Assembly: GCF_018350175.1 (NCBI RefSeq)
Contig: NC_058368.1
Span: forward strand, 80,354,001 to 80,418,000
Direction of reading: 5' to 3'
Source of the DNA: Felis catus
Lineage: Eukaryota
DNA length: 64,000 nt
Below, one piece after another: positions 23,994 through 35,580 of this stretch; the stretch's first letter is position 1, and each line of letters opens with the position of its first letter. The position numbers and the translations under genes are program-made. The notes beneath the pieces were generated by a model that made no database searches, was not told the DNA's origin, and saw nothing but the letters and a program-made list of their open reading frames with translations.

Positions 23994-24209
23994 GGGGCGC
24001 CTGGGTGGCTCAGTCGGTTGGGCACCCGACTTCGGCTCAGGTCATGATCTCGCAGTCTGTGAGTTCGGGCCCCGGGTCGGGCTCTGTTTTGACAGCTCAG
24101 AGCCTGGAGCCTGTTTCAGATTCTGTGTCTCCCTCTCTCTGACCCTCCCCCGTTCATGCTCTGTCTCTCTCTGTCTCAAAAATAAATAAACAGTAAAAAA
24201 AAAAATTAA
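23994..24209 (+). mobile_element. SINEC_Fc-type SINE inside L1
   Basis: TSD AAAAAAAGGACCCAA at 23979 and 24210. Confidence 0.93.
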
Positions 24210-24457
24210 AAAAAAAGGACCCAAATAAACAAAATTACTAATAAGAGGAGAATAACAACTCACACCACAGAAACACAAACAATTTTAACAGAAAATTATG
24301 AAAACCTATATGCCAACAAATTGGACAACTCAGAAGAAATGGATAAATTCCTAGAAACATATAATCTACCCAAACTGAAGCAGAAAATATAGAAAATTTG
24401 AACAGACCGATAACAGCAATGAAACTGAATCAGTAATTTAAAAACTCCCTACAAAAA

Positions 24458-24618
24458 TGGGTCCTCTGGGTGGCTCAGTAGGTTAAGCATCTGACTCTTA
24501 ACTTTGGTTCAGGTCATGGTCTCATCGTTTGTGAGTTTGAGTCCTGTGTCAGCTCTGTGCTGACAGAGCAGAGCCTGCTTGGGATTCTCTCTCTCCCTCT
24601 CTCTGCCCCACCCCCCAC

Positions 24619-24667
<49 letters not shown>

Positions 24668-24700
24668 AAAAATATAATTAAAAAAGAAAGGTTAAAAAAA
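24458..24700 (+). mobile_element. Can-SINE with expanded (CT)n inside L1
   Basis: Head and (CT)n at ~24622-24664, flanked by AAAACTCCC-ACAAA. Confidence 0.9.
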
Positions 24701-25171
24701 AAAACTCCCAACAAACAAAAGTCCAGGACTGGATGGCTTCACAGGTGAGTTGTACCAAACATTTAGAGACGAGTTAATATCTATTCTTCTCAAACCTTTC
24801 CAAAAAAATAGAAAAGGAAGAAAAACTTCCAAATTCATTCTATGAGTTCAATATCACCCTGATACCAAAACCAGATAAAGACACCACAAAAAGAGAGAGA
24901 GAACTGTAGGTCAATATATATCTCATGAATATAGATTCAAAAATCTTCAACAAAATATTAGCAAACCAAATCCAAAAAAATATTTTAAAAAATCATATAC
25001 CATAATCAAGTAGGACTTATTCCCAGGATGCAAGGGTATTTTAAATATTTGCAAACAATCAACATGATATATCACATCAATAAGAGAGAGGATAAAAACC
25101 ATATGATCATTTCACTAGATGCAGAAAAAGCATTTGACAAAGTACAACATCCATTCATTATAAAAACTCTT

Positions 25172-25372
25172 GGGGCACCTGGGTGCCTCAGTCGGTTAAG
25201 AGTCTGACTTCGGCTCAGGTCATGATCTCGTGGCTCGTGAGTTCGAGCCCTACGTTGGGCTCCATGCTGACAGCTCGGAGCCTGGACCCTGCTTTGGATT
25301 CTGTGTGTGTGTGTGTCTCTCTCTCTGCCTCTCCCCCACTTGTGCTCTGTCTCTCTCAAAAAAATAAAAATA
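25172..25372 (+). mobile_element. SINEC_Fc-type SINE inside the L1 RT region
   Basis: Consensus match flanked by AAAAACTC. Confidence 0.9.
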
Positions 25373-27175
25373 AAAAACTCAACAAAGGTTTAGAGGGAAC
25401 ATAGCTCAACATAATAAAGGCCATATATGAAAAACCCACAGTGAACACCATACTCAATGGGGAAGAACTGAGAGCCTTTTCCCTAAGGTCAGGAATAAGA
25501 CGAGAATGTCCACTGTCACCACTTTTATTCAACGCAGTACTGGAAGCCCTCGCCACAGAAATCAAACAGCATAAAGAAATAAAAGGCATCCAAAGCGGCA
25601 AGAAAGAAGTAAAACTCTCACTCTGTACAGATGACCTGGTACCCTATATAGAAAACCCCAGAGATTCCACCAAAAAGTACTAGAACTGATGAATGAGTGT
25701 AGTGAAGGCCCAGGATACAAAATCAACGCACCAAACTCTGCAGCATTCCTCATCACTAAGGAGGAAGCAGCAGAAAGTGAGATTAACAATCCCATTTACC
25801 GTGGCGCTAAAAGCAACAAAATACCTAGGAATATTGAAATGAATATTAATGAAAGAGGTGAAAGACCCGTATTCTGAAAACACGGATGAAAGAAATTGCA
25901 GACGAGGCAAAGAGTTGGAAAGACATTCCATGCTCATCGGCTAGAGGAACAAACATTGTTAAAATGTCCACACTACCCAGAGCAATCTATACATCTAGTG
26001 CCATCCCTGTCACCATACCCATAGCATTTTTCACAGAGCTAGAATACGCAGTCCTAAAATGTGTGTGGAACCACAAAAGACCTCAGAAAGCCAAAGCAAC
26101 CTTGAAAAAGAAATGCAAAGCTGGAGGCATCACGGTTCCAGACTTCAAGTTACATTGCAAAGCGATAGTAATCAAAACAGTACAGTACTGGCATAGAAAT
26201 AGACACAGAGGTCAATGGAATAGAAGAGAAAACCCAGAAATAAACCCACAATTATACGGTCAGTTAATCTTTGATGAAGGAGGCAAGAATATGCAATGAG
26301 AAAAAACCAGTCTCTTCAACAAATGGTGCTGGGAAAACTGGACAGCTACATGCAAAAGAATGAGACTGGACCACTTTCCTACACCATACAAAAAAAAATA
26401 AACTCAAAATGGATTAAAAGACCTAGATGTGAGACCTGAAACCATGAAAATTCTAGAAGAGAGCACAGGCAGTAATTTCTCTGACACTGGCCATAGCAAC
26501 ATCTTTCTAGATAGGTCTCCTGAGGGTAGGGAAATAAAAGCAAAAGCAAACCATTGAGACTTTAAGTGTTGGCGAGGACACGGAGAAAGAGGAACCCTCG
26601 TGCACTGGTGATGGGATGCAAACTGGTACAGCCACCGTGGAAAACAGTATGGAGGTTCCTCAAGAAGTTGAAAATAGAACTACCCTTGGTTCTGGCAATT
26701 GCACTACCGGGTTTCCCCAAAATACAAAAATAGTAATTCAAAAGGATACACATACCCCTATGTTTATTGCAGCATCATGTACGATAGCCAAACTCATGGC
26801 AGCAACCCACGCCTCTGTCAATAATGAGTGGATAAATATGTGGTATCTATCTATTCTATAACTCTATATACACCATGGGATATTACTCAGCCATAAAAAA
26901 GAACGAGACCTTGCAATCTGCAACAACATGGATGGACCTAGAGGGTATGATGCTGAGTGACATAAGTCAGAGAAAGACAAATACCTTATGATTTCACTCA
27001 TGTGGAGTTCAAGAAACAAAACAAACGAGCAAAAGAAAGAGAGTGAGAGAAACCAAGAAACAGACTCGTCACTATGGAGAACACTGATGGTTCCCAGAGG
27101 GGATGGGGTGGGAGCATGGGGGAAATAGGTGGTGGGGATTAAGGAGGGCACTTGTCATGATGAGAAAAATAAAAT

Positions 27176-27176
27176 G

Positions 27177-27235
<59 letters not shown>

Positions 27236-27236
27236 A
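27176..27236 (+). repeat. (GAAA)n microsatellite derived from the L1 tail
   Basis: About 15 perfect GAAA units. Confidence 0.95.
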
Positions 27237-27422
27237 GTTGAATTTTGGGAAGTTCCTTGAAATATCAAAAAGTTGTAAAGCACATGCCTAAATAAGATTA
27301 CAAGTCATTACAAAACTTCATTATCTATTTATCTAGGTCACAATAAGAGATTCTAAAAGGCAAATTCAGAGGGTTATGTAATTATTAAGAAAACTTAGTT
27401 CTTTTAATAATGAGAGGATTCA

Positions 27423-27636
27423 GGGGCACCTGAGTGGCTCAGCTGGTTAAGCGTCTGACTCTTGACTTCAGCTCAGGTCACAATCTCATGGCTTGGCTGG
27501 TGAGTTTGAGCCCCGAGTTGGGCTCTGTGCTGACAGTGTGGAGCCTACTTGGGACTCCCTCCCTCTCTCTCTCTCTCTCTCTCTCCCTCCCTCCCCTGCT
27601 CGCTCTTCCTCTAAAAATAAATAAACTTAAAAAAAT
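27423..27636 (+). mobile_element. Can-SINE
   Basis: Head, CT tract and AATAAA/A tail. Confidence 0.9.
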
Positions 27637-27939
27637 ATTGCTAAGATTCAACGTTAAGTAATCAACAACCTAATAAAGACAAAACATAGAAACTTTGTTT
27701 TTCTAAGCAGATTAAGGATAAAGAAAAACCTTGGTTTACAATTTAGGCTAATAATCTAAGAAAACTCATTTCCACAGAGAGAAAACCCCAATTCCAATCT
27801 TATACAGGTGCACTTTATATTAAAGCTAATTCATCCCCTCAAGGTGCATTTTTGGAAACATATGTGCAGTCCCTACCTTTTCTTCCCTGTCGTCTCCTGC
27901 GTTGAGATGTGCTTATTGAGACAAGGACATGCAGGGAAC

Positions 27940-28290
27940 CGCGTGGATCTCCGCTCTGAGGCTGGATGCTGTGCCGACCAGAACCCCCTTCAGGAATGAA
28001 GGACCCCCAGCTGTGAGAAGGCCGCCAGGGATCTGCCTTCATTGAAGACACCCGCCTTGCCCAGGGCCCCCCCCTTCGCAGGTGGTCCCATCCAAGGACT
28101 GTTAGGAAAGCCCAGCCCTTTTGGCCCAATTTAGGATGGTTCTGGAGGGCAGTACAGCTGTCGGGGCTCCTCGGAGAACCAGCCGGGACTCCCGTTGATG
28201 CTGTGTCACTGCTCAACCTCTGCCCGATCTTACTTTTACCCTCCCTTCCCGCCAAGGTGTCGATCGCTCTCTGATAAACCCCTTTCCCTA
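27940..28290 (+). mobile_element. LTR16-like (ERVL) solo LTR fragment
   Basis: CGCCTTGCCCAGGG...GGCCCAATTTAGGATGGTTCTGGAGGGC...CTCTGCCCGATCTTACTT...GGTGTCGATC...GATAAAC resembles the recalled LTR16A consensus. Confidence 0.6.
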
Positions 28291-30214
28291 CTGCTCTCCA
28301 CCATCCTGGTCCCGATCCCGCACAGAGGTCCTTTCCAAAGATTCTCTTCTCACGAACCTCCTACAACCCTTTTCTACATTCATTCAGATTTTGTCCTAAG
28401 TGTTCCCCCTTTAAATATCCAGCCTCGCTTTCCTCACATACGGAGTTGTTTCCACGATTATTTCCAGTAGTCTTAATGACATTTGTTAAAAGTATCTACA
28501 CCTGTGTGTTTGTTCTTAGCTTACCGGTAAAACTTCATGAGGCCTTAGAGTTGGAAAGTTCTGTTTCTTTCTGGACAAATTTTGCAGCGGAGATAACACC
28601 AACTTAACTTTCAGTAAGCATAAAAAAGCCTCATATGTGATGCTGACAATTCTAAAGATGTGTCCAGGTTAATTAAAACGACTTTATATTAGCTTTAATA
28701 GCATATGTTTTCCCAGATCACGTGAACTTGTAAAACATTTGAGTTCGTTTCTGTGTTTCTGAGTTGCAGAATGCCCACTTCTTATAAGCGCTTACCTTTA
28801 AACCAACTAAACAGAGCTCTTTTGCAAGTTAATTTTAGCAATGTCTCTGGAGGTCGAGAAGATCTCACATTTACAACGTGTGTGGACGCACACCCAAATA
28901 CGCAAAACAAGATGCGACAAAAAGGCCCAATTTCCAGATGTCTCCCCTTTACAACACAAATCTCATTGCAAGTTGGTACCATAATTTATAGACCCGTTCA
29001 CGGGCCATTTTTCTCCGGAGTCTAATGAATATTGTGGCCAAGCAGTGTTGCAAAAAAAAAAGATTGCTCAGTTTGGGAGAATATGGCCCAAAGGGCTGCC
29101 AGCAGAGATACTTGCTCATTTCCCATTTTCCACTTAGAACACGGCGGTTGTGTTCAGCTACCAAAAGCTGCAGCAAACACACAAACCGACTGAAGCCAGA
29201 GCACCTCTGTGAGTGTTGGTTCCTCCCCCAAATGTGGGCCCTCAGCACTGAACTGAACGGCTCCCTGGTTTCTATTCCTCCCTCAAAGTCAGGGTTTCGC
29301 TGGCTGAACCGTCTGGCTTCCTCATCAGCCTTCTCTTCAGCAAGAAAAGGAGGCTATGAGACCCCGCACCCCTTGTTCGGAGGTAGCTGAATGAAGTCCA
29401 AGAGCCAAGGCCAGGAGGCGGGAGAAACCGGCCCAGGTGCCCTTGCGCACCAAGTGCCCACTGAGAGGTCTGCCCAAACTGAAACCAGAAACTGTCACCT
29501 CGTCACCAGTTAACTCGAGTGCCCAAGGTCAGCGGTGCCCAGGCCGGGTGGAACCCGGTCGGTCCCCAGAAGCAGAGCCGGGGCGTCAACGGGCTGCTTC
29601 ACCAGCTGGGGACCGCCAGCCCTGCCAGCTGCAGGCTGGCTCGCCAAACTTGCCCCCGTGCCAGCAGAGACAGTCACTGGGACCAGCAGTGTGCAGCTAG
29701 AGAGGTTGGCCAGCAGGGAGCCTGACCCTCGCCAGGAGCACAGTCAGGGCAAGTCACAGGCACAGGAAAGGCCCAGGGGGTCAGCCGATGCGGCTTCAGT
29801 AACGGAGCAGTCATGACAGCAGGGAGGGTCTGGTTCCTTACATCCGGGACCTCTACCTCTCCTTGATTCCATTTGACATTTCCTATACTCTCTGGTGCAT
29901 TTCCCCTGAAAATCATCAGTTTCATCCAGGCTGTCACATGTATCGATCTGCTGCTGAAGGTATTGCCTACTTTTATCTCCTTGATGACTATGGTCGTGTA
30001 ACCTGTCTCCTTTCTAGTGTTGTTTATTGGATATTGTATTTTGTTTCTTACATCGGGTGGTCAAATAGTAGTCTTTCCAAAGTGACTGTATCTGGTTTTA
30101 TTGATCAAATCTGTGATTATTTTCATTTTATTGATTTCTGATTAATAGAACTTCTTTCGTTGAGTTTATTTTGTTGTTTTTCATAGCTTTTGTTATTTAT
30201 TTATGTTTTCCCCT

Positions 30215-31995
30215 CCAACTTTATTGAGGTATAATTGACAAATAAAATTCTATGTATTCACATTTTTTTAAGTTTATTTATTTATTTTGGGGTGCCTGGG
30301 TGGCTCAGTCAGTTGAGTGTCTGACTTTGGCTCAGATCATGATCTTGTGGTTTGTGAGTTTGAGCCCCACGTCCAGCTCTCTGCTGTCAGCCGGTCAGTG
30401 CAGAGCCCGCTTTGGATCCTCTGTCCCTCCCTCCCCTGCTTGTGCTCTCCCCCCAAAAATAAATAAATATTTTTTAAAAAGTTTATTTATTTATTTTAAG
30501 AGAGTATGAGCGTGAGTGGGAGAGGGGCAGAGATTAGAGAGAGATAGAGAGAATCCCAAGCAGGCTCTGCACTGTCAGCACAGATCCTGATGCTGGGCTT
30601 CATCCCATGAACTGTGAGATCATGACCTGAGCTGAAATCAAGAGTCGGATGCTCTGGGCACCTGGGTGGCTCAGTCCGTTGGGTGTCTGACTTTGGCTCA
30701 GGTCATGATCTCAGGGTTTGTGGGTTCGCGCCCCGCGCCTGGGTCTGTGCTGACAGCTTGGAGCCTGGAGCCTGCTTTGGATTCTGTGTCTCCCCCTCTC
30801 TCTGCCCTCCCCTGCTTGCATTCTGTCTCTCTCCCTCTCTCTCTGAAAAATAAACATTAAAAAAAAAGTCAGATGCTCAACCAGCTGAGGCACCCAGGCG
30901 CTCCTAAATTTGTGTGTATTTAAAGCATACAACCTGATGATCTGACATATGTCCATTTCACAAAATGACCACAATCAGGCTAATTAACACATCTATCACT
31001 TCGCACTTAGTTGTCTTGTGTGTGAGGCTGGAAATGCTTCAGGTCTACTCTCTGGGTGATTTCAAGTACATAACACAGTATTATTGGCTACAATCACCGT
31101 GCTGTTCATTTGATGCCCACAGCTTGTTCATCTATAACCTTTGACCAGCATCTCCCCGTCCCCACCCCCACCCCCACCCCCGGCCCCCAGCCCCTGGTCC
31201 TCACCATTCTGCTCTCCCTTTCTGTGAATTCAACATAAAAACAGTATTCCACATATAAGTAAGATCACGCAGGGTCTTGCTCTGCCCCATTTCACTTCAC
31301 ATAATGTCTTCTAGATTCATCCGTGTCGTTGCAGACAGCAGGATTTCCTTCTTGCTTGCGGCCGAGTAATATTCCACTGTGTATAAATACCGCGTCTTCT
31401 TTCCCTGTTCATCTGTCGGCAGATGGGTTATTTCCGTATCTTGATGATTGTGAGTAATGCTGCGATGATCATGGGGCCGCAGATGTCTCTTCACGATCCT
31501 GGCTTCATTTTTCCTTCAGGTGAATCCCCAGCAGTGGGACTGCTGGTCCACTTCTTGTCCTTCGAGGCCCCTCCACACGAGGGTCCCCTCTGCACATCCG
31601 TGACAGCTTTGCCCTCTTGTCTTTGAGATCGTCGCATCCTAAAGGTGTGAGGGTGATCTCTCATGGTGGCTTTGGTTTGCATTTCCCTGATGCTGGTAGG
31701 CCTCTGCTAGAAGACATATCTTCTTTGGAAAAATGTCTATCAGATCCTTTGCCCATTAAAAATTTTTTTTTTTTTTTTGCTTTTGAGTTGCCCAAGTTCC
31801 TTATATAATTTAATATTACCCCCTTATGAGATACATGGTTTGCAAATATTTCCTCCCACCCTGTAGGTGGCCTTTTCATTTTGTTGATTTCCTTTGTGAC
31901 ACAAGAAGCTTTTTAGTTTGATGTCCTCTCGTGTGTTTATCTTTGCTTTTGTCATCTGTGCTTTTGGTTTCGTATCCCCCCAGATAACTGCCAAG
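30215..31995 (-). mobile_element. L1 3' end (L1MA9-like) containing nested SINEs
   Basis: CTTTATTGAGGTATAATTGACAAATAAAATT tail. Antisense ORF2 peptides MKRPPTGWEEIFANHVSHKG and EYYSAASKKEIL. Confidence 0.88.
30263..30904 (-). mobile_element. Host Can-SINE (-) split by two (+) SINEs at 30289-30478 and 30656-30866
   Basis: TSDs AAGTTTATTTATTTATTTT (30270, 30479) and AGTC(G/A)GATGCTC (30643, 30867). Confidence 0.9.
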
Positions 31996-32538
31996 ACCGA
32001 CATTGAGGAGTAATACACCCTTTGTATGCCTTTAGTCCTTACTCTGGACCTTGTCTTATATCCCCAGCAAGGCCTGAGGTTAATTCACACCCGTGCCTCC
32101 TCTGTAACAATATAAAAACCCATGTAGATATACCGTTGCCCGGGATGGCACCATTATTGTCACAAATCAGACATTATCGCTGTTTCGTACGGCCAATATT
32201 GTCCAGATCTGCCTTTGCTCCTTCATGCCTTTGCTCACCACAGCTCCCGCGCCTCAGAAGTTGTCCCTGGGAGGTTTTCTTCCGCCTTAAGTTCTGACTT
32301 TGGGGTTTCCTTTAGCAAAAATCTGTTGGTGGTTTACTCTTTCAGATTCTCTCCGTCTTAGCCGTCTGGAGCTCTGATCACACAGGGATCCAAATTCTCA
32401 TTCTCTTCATGTCCCTACTAAATGCGTTTTCTACCTTGGTCTACGCACATTACATCCCAGATAACTCCTTTGGCTCTATCGTCCAGGTCACGAATTCCCT
32501 TGACAGTAATATTGAATCTGATATTTATTCTACATTAT

Positions 32539-32666
32539 TATTATTTAAGTAGGTTCCGTGCCCAGCATGGAGCCCGGCGCGGGGCCTGAAGTCACGACCC
32601 CGAGATCAAGACCTGAGCCAAGATCGACAGCCGGACGCATCACCAACTGAACCGCCCACGTGCCCC
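32539..32666 (-). mobile_element. Older short Can-SINE
   Basis: Flanked by TATTCTACATTA. Confidence 0.8.
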
Positions 32667-34049
32667 ATCCCTATTCTACATTAAATTTTAAATTTCAATT
32701 ATAGTTTTCATTTCTGAAACTTCTACTTGGTTATTTGAAAAACTTCCTTGCTCTTTAATCATATCATTAAGCTTTTATTTCAAAATCATTTTAAACATAG
32801 TCATTCTATGATGGATAATTCTACATCGTATATAACTCAGTGCAATACTTGTAGTATCTGAAGTCTTCGAGGATTTTATGCTGCTGTCTGTCATTCTCAG
32901 CTGTAGGACCTCGTTCCCTTGTTGTTTTTAAAATTAATTAATGAGCTCATTTCCTTCCATGACGCAGCTGATCTCTTCGGGATTTCATCGATAGGAGTCG
33001 AGGCTGTGGTTGAAGGTGACGTCTTCCACTGGAAAGTTCGTTTCTTCTGCTGACCCCCAGCAACCTGGAAACCAAGGCCAACAAACATCTCAGTGTGGGG
33101 TTTTTCAAACCATAAAGCTGGTTAAATCCACACCACAAACACACGAGAAAGGGAGGGCATTTTTGCATTTCCGACCACAGTTGACAAAGATAGTTTTCCT
33201 TGCTGTCCTGTTCCGCATGGCAAATCTATCCTTGTTCTAGCTTCTGAGCATGGATGATGCTACACTTGCAGCTGGGGTGGGCTCTGGACCAGGGAGGCCA
33301 GAGAGAGGTGAGGGTCCACTCTGTGCCTTGGGCCCCCCCCCCCCCCAGCGGATAGCCCCAGGCCGGAGCGTTTAGCCTAAGGGGAAAGACATTTGGGGCA
33401 CCAACAAGGCTTTCTGCTTTCATTTCGGTTTTGGCCTCTGTGGAATTGTTTTAACTTCATGCCATGTCGCAATGCATTTAAAAAGTATTTTCTAACATAG
33501 GAATCACTTCAACCTCAGGGCTTTCCAGGAGATCCAGCCTGCCCTATGACTGGAAACAGGCCTTATCAACTCCCTCTGCCCATTAAACCTTGAGTTCCAA
33601 GAGACCAGGAACCTTGATTGATTCACTTCTACATCTTGGGCCCTGGCACACATTAGCATGTGCACAGGAAATACTACTGGAACAAACGCCAGAAACAACC
33701 CTTGCAGGTTCAAGTAATTGGTTTGAAATTCGAAGTACAATCCAAGCAATTTCCTTTCTGGAAACCCTTGAGGCTGTAACTCAACACCACAGTGTGGATG
33801 AGACAGGACCCTGGGAAGCTGACTATTCACGTGAACTTTGTTTTAATTGAATTAGCTGGGAAGTCGTCCCATTGTACTTTAATTGGAATCACACGGGTTT
33901 GATACAACAGGACAGCAGAGAAGTTTACGTTGCAGACAAATTGCATAATTAGAGGAATCAGATTCCAAAGGTTTAGAAAAATATTCCCAGCTTAAGAATT
34001 TTGCAACTTCTGCTGCTTCCCGGTGGTATTCCTCATTTTCTCATTGGTA

Positions 34050-34245
34050 TTTTTTTAAAGTTTATTTATTTATTTTAGGGTGGGGAGAGAGAGAGAGAGA
34101 GCGAGAGAGAGAGAATCCTAAGTAGGCTCTGCACTGTCAGCACAGAGCTGGACATGGGGCTCAAACTCATAAACCACGAGATCGTGACCTGAGCCAAAAC
34201 CAAGAGTCATATGTTTAACTGACTGAGCCACCCAGACACCCCCCC
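34050..34245 (-). mobile_element. Can-SINE
   Basis: Antisense consensus; the head merges into a poly-C run. Confidence 0.9.
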
Positions 34246-34627
34246 CCCCCCGCCACCGACCCCGCCACTGGTATCGACATTTGCCACAATCATTGGATTG
34301 TCTCACCAAACCACTCTTTCAAATTCAGCCTTCATTCTTCAATCGGCTTTGGTGGATTGTGTGTTATCTGTTCTGCGGTTAACATGGGTTCTAAAGAAGG
34401 CATATTCCTGACTCTGTGTTCTCCCAGTCAGAGGCTAATGTTAGTAATTGCAGCATAGTGAAAAGTACACAGCAATAGAAATCCGTACTGGTCACAGCGG
34501 TGGCACAAGGCAGACAGTGGCCACTGAGTTTGGAGCAGCCGGGAGGGTTTCACTGGAGGCTGCAGTGTTAACACTGGGATGGAGCGAGATATGAAAGGTG
34601 CAGCCCGGGTCAGGGGGCAGCGTCTGG

Positions 34628-34696
34628 TGCCCCATCCAGTGTCCCCGCCTCCCTGTCCAGTGTCCCCGTCTAGTGTCCCCATCCAGTGTCCCCTGC
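34628..34696. repeat. Short ~13-bp-unit tandem repeat (TCCAGTGTCCCCR)
   Basis: Four copies of TC(C/T)AGTGTCCCC. Confidence 0.75.
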
Positions 34697-35375
34697 CTGT
34701 AAAGCACCAGGTCCTTACTGCTCATGTGTCCTCAGATTTTAATGGCCCTCAAGGACTCTCAGTTTGCTGTGCCCATCCCCCAGGGCAGTGTTCACCGGCT
34801 CTTCCCAGGTGACACTCACCCAGTTGACTGTGTCTCCATTCCTCACTCTTCCTGGATAACCTGGACATTTTTAAGTGCTCTCAGTAGTCTCAATGCCCTT
34901 CCTCCTATGCTCCTCCCTTCCCTGCTTTCTTAAAGTCCTACAGGGTTTTAATCTGCTCCCTGCTATAGTTCTGTTCTTACAAGAGTGAAGTTAAAACCTA
35001 ACATTCTGAATGAATGCAAACTCAAAGTGCCATGTCTCTGTTTAGAAATGTGAGTGATACAACTTAATACAAACCGAGAGAAAAGACAATCAAAATACCC
35101 AGAACATGTTCCTTTTCCCTCATGAACATGCTTCTTCTCTTTTATCTATCCATCCTCTTTCTTCAACTTGCCTTTGTTATATTCTGAATTAAAATACAGG
35201 CTGCATGTTTCCATGAATTCCTTTATCATTTCAGTAGACTCCAAAGTGCATGGTGACCCCCCCCCCCCCGCCCAGGACCAGAATTCTACACTGGGGAGCA
35301 GGAAGGAAATATTCGAATACTTATGATTTACTTTTTTTACCAAAAAAAAAAATAGCAATTTACAATTGCTATTTT

Positions 35376-35580
35376 GGGGGACGCCTGGGTGGACCAGTTG
35401 GTTAAGCATCTGACTTCGGCTCAGGTCATGATCTCACCTTCGTGGGTTTGAGCCCCATATTGGGCTCTGTGCTGACAGGAGCCTGCTTCAGCTTCTGTGT
35501 CTCCCTCTCTCTCTGTCCCTCCTCTGCTTGTGCTCTGTCTCTGTCTCTCAAAAATAAATAAAATGTTAAAAAATTAAAGA
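35376..35580 (+). mobile_element. SINEC_Fc-type SINE
   Basis: Flanked by AATTGCT(A/G)TTTT. Confidence 0.9.

Larger units (their letters stand above)
22585..27232 (+). mobile_element. 5'-truncated carnivore L1 (ORF2 from the endonuclease through RT, 3' UTR, (GAAA)n tail), pseudogenised
   Basis: Peptides [44 protein letters not shown] and WKDIPCS. 18-bp TSD AGAAGTTGAA(C/T)TTTGGGA at 22567 and 27233. Contains five SINE insertions. Confidence 0.95.
20540..29450 (-). mobile_element. Probable non-coding internal region of the same ERV1-class element (MER4/MER34-group-like), split by L1, SINEs and an LTR
   Basis: AT-rich internal-type sequence contiguous with the pol remnant and resuming after the L1 TSD at 27250. 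The distal boundary is uncertain. Confidence 0.55.

Noticed and set aside
29433..29452. Possible ERV primer-binding site (minus-strand TGGTGCGCAAGGGCACC)
   Set aside because: Matches no tRNA 3' end I can confirm beyond TGG, and no adjacent LTR was identified.
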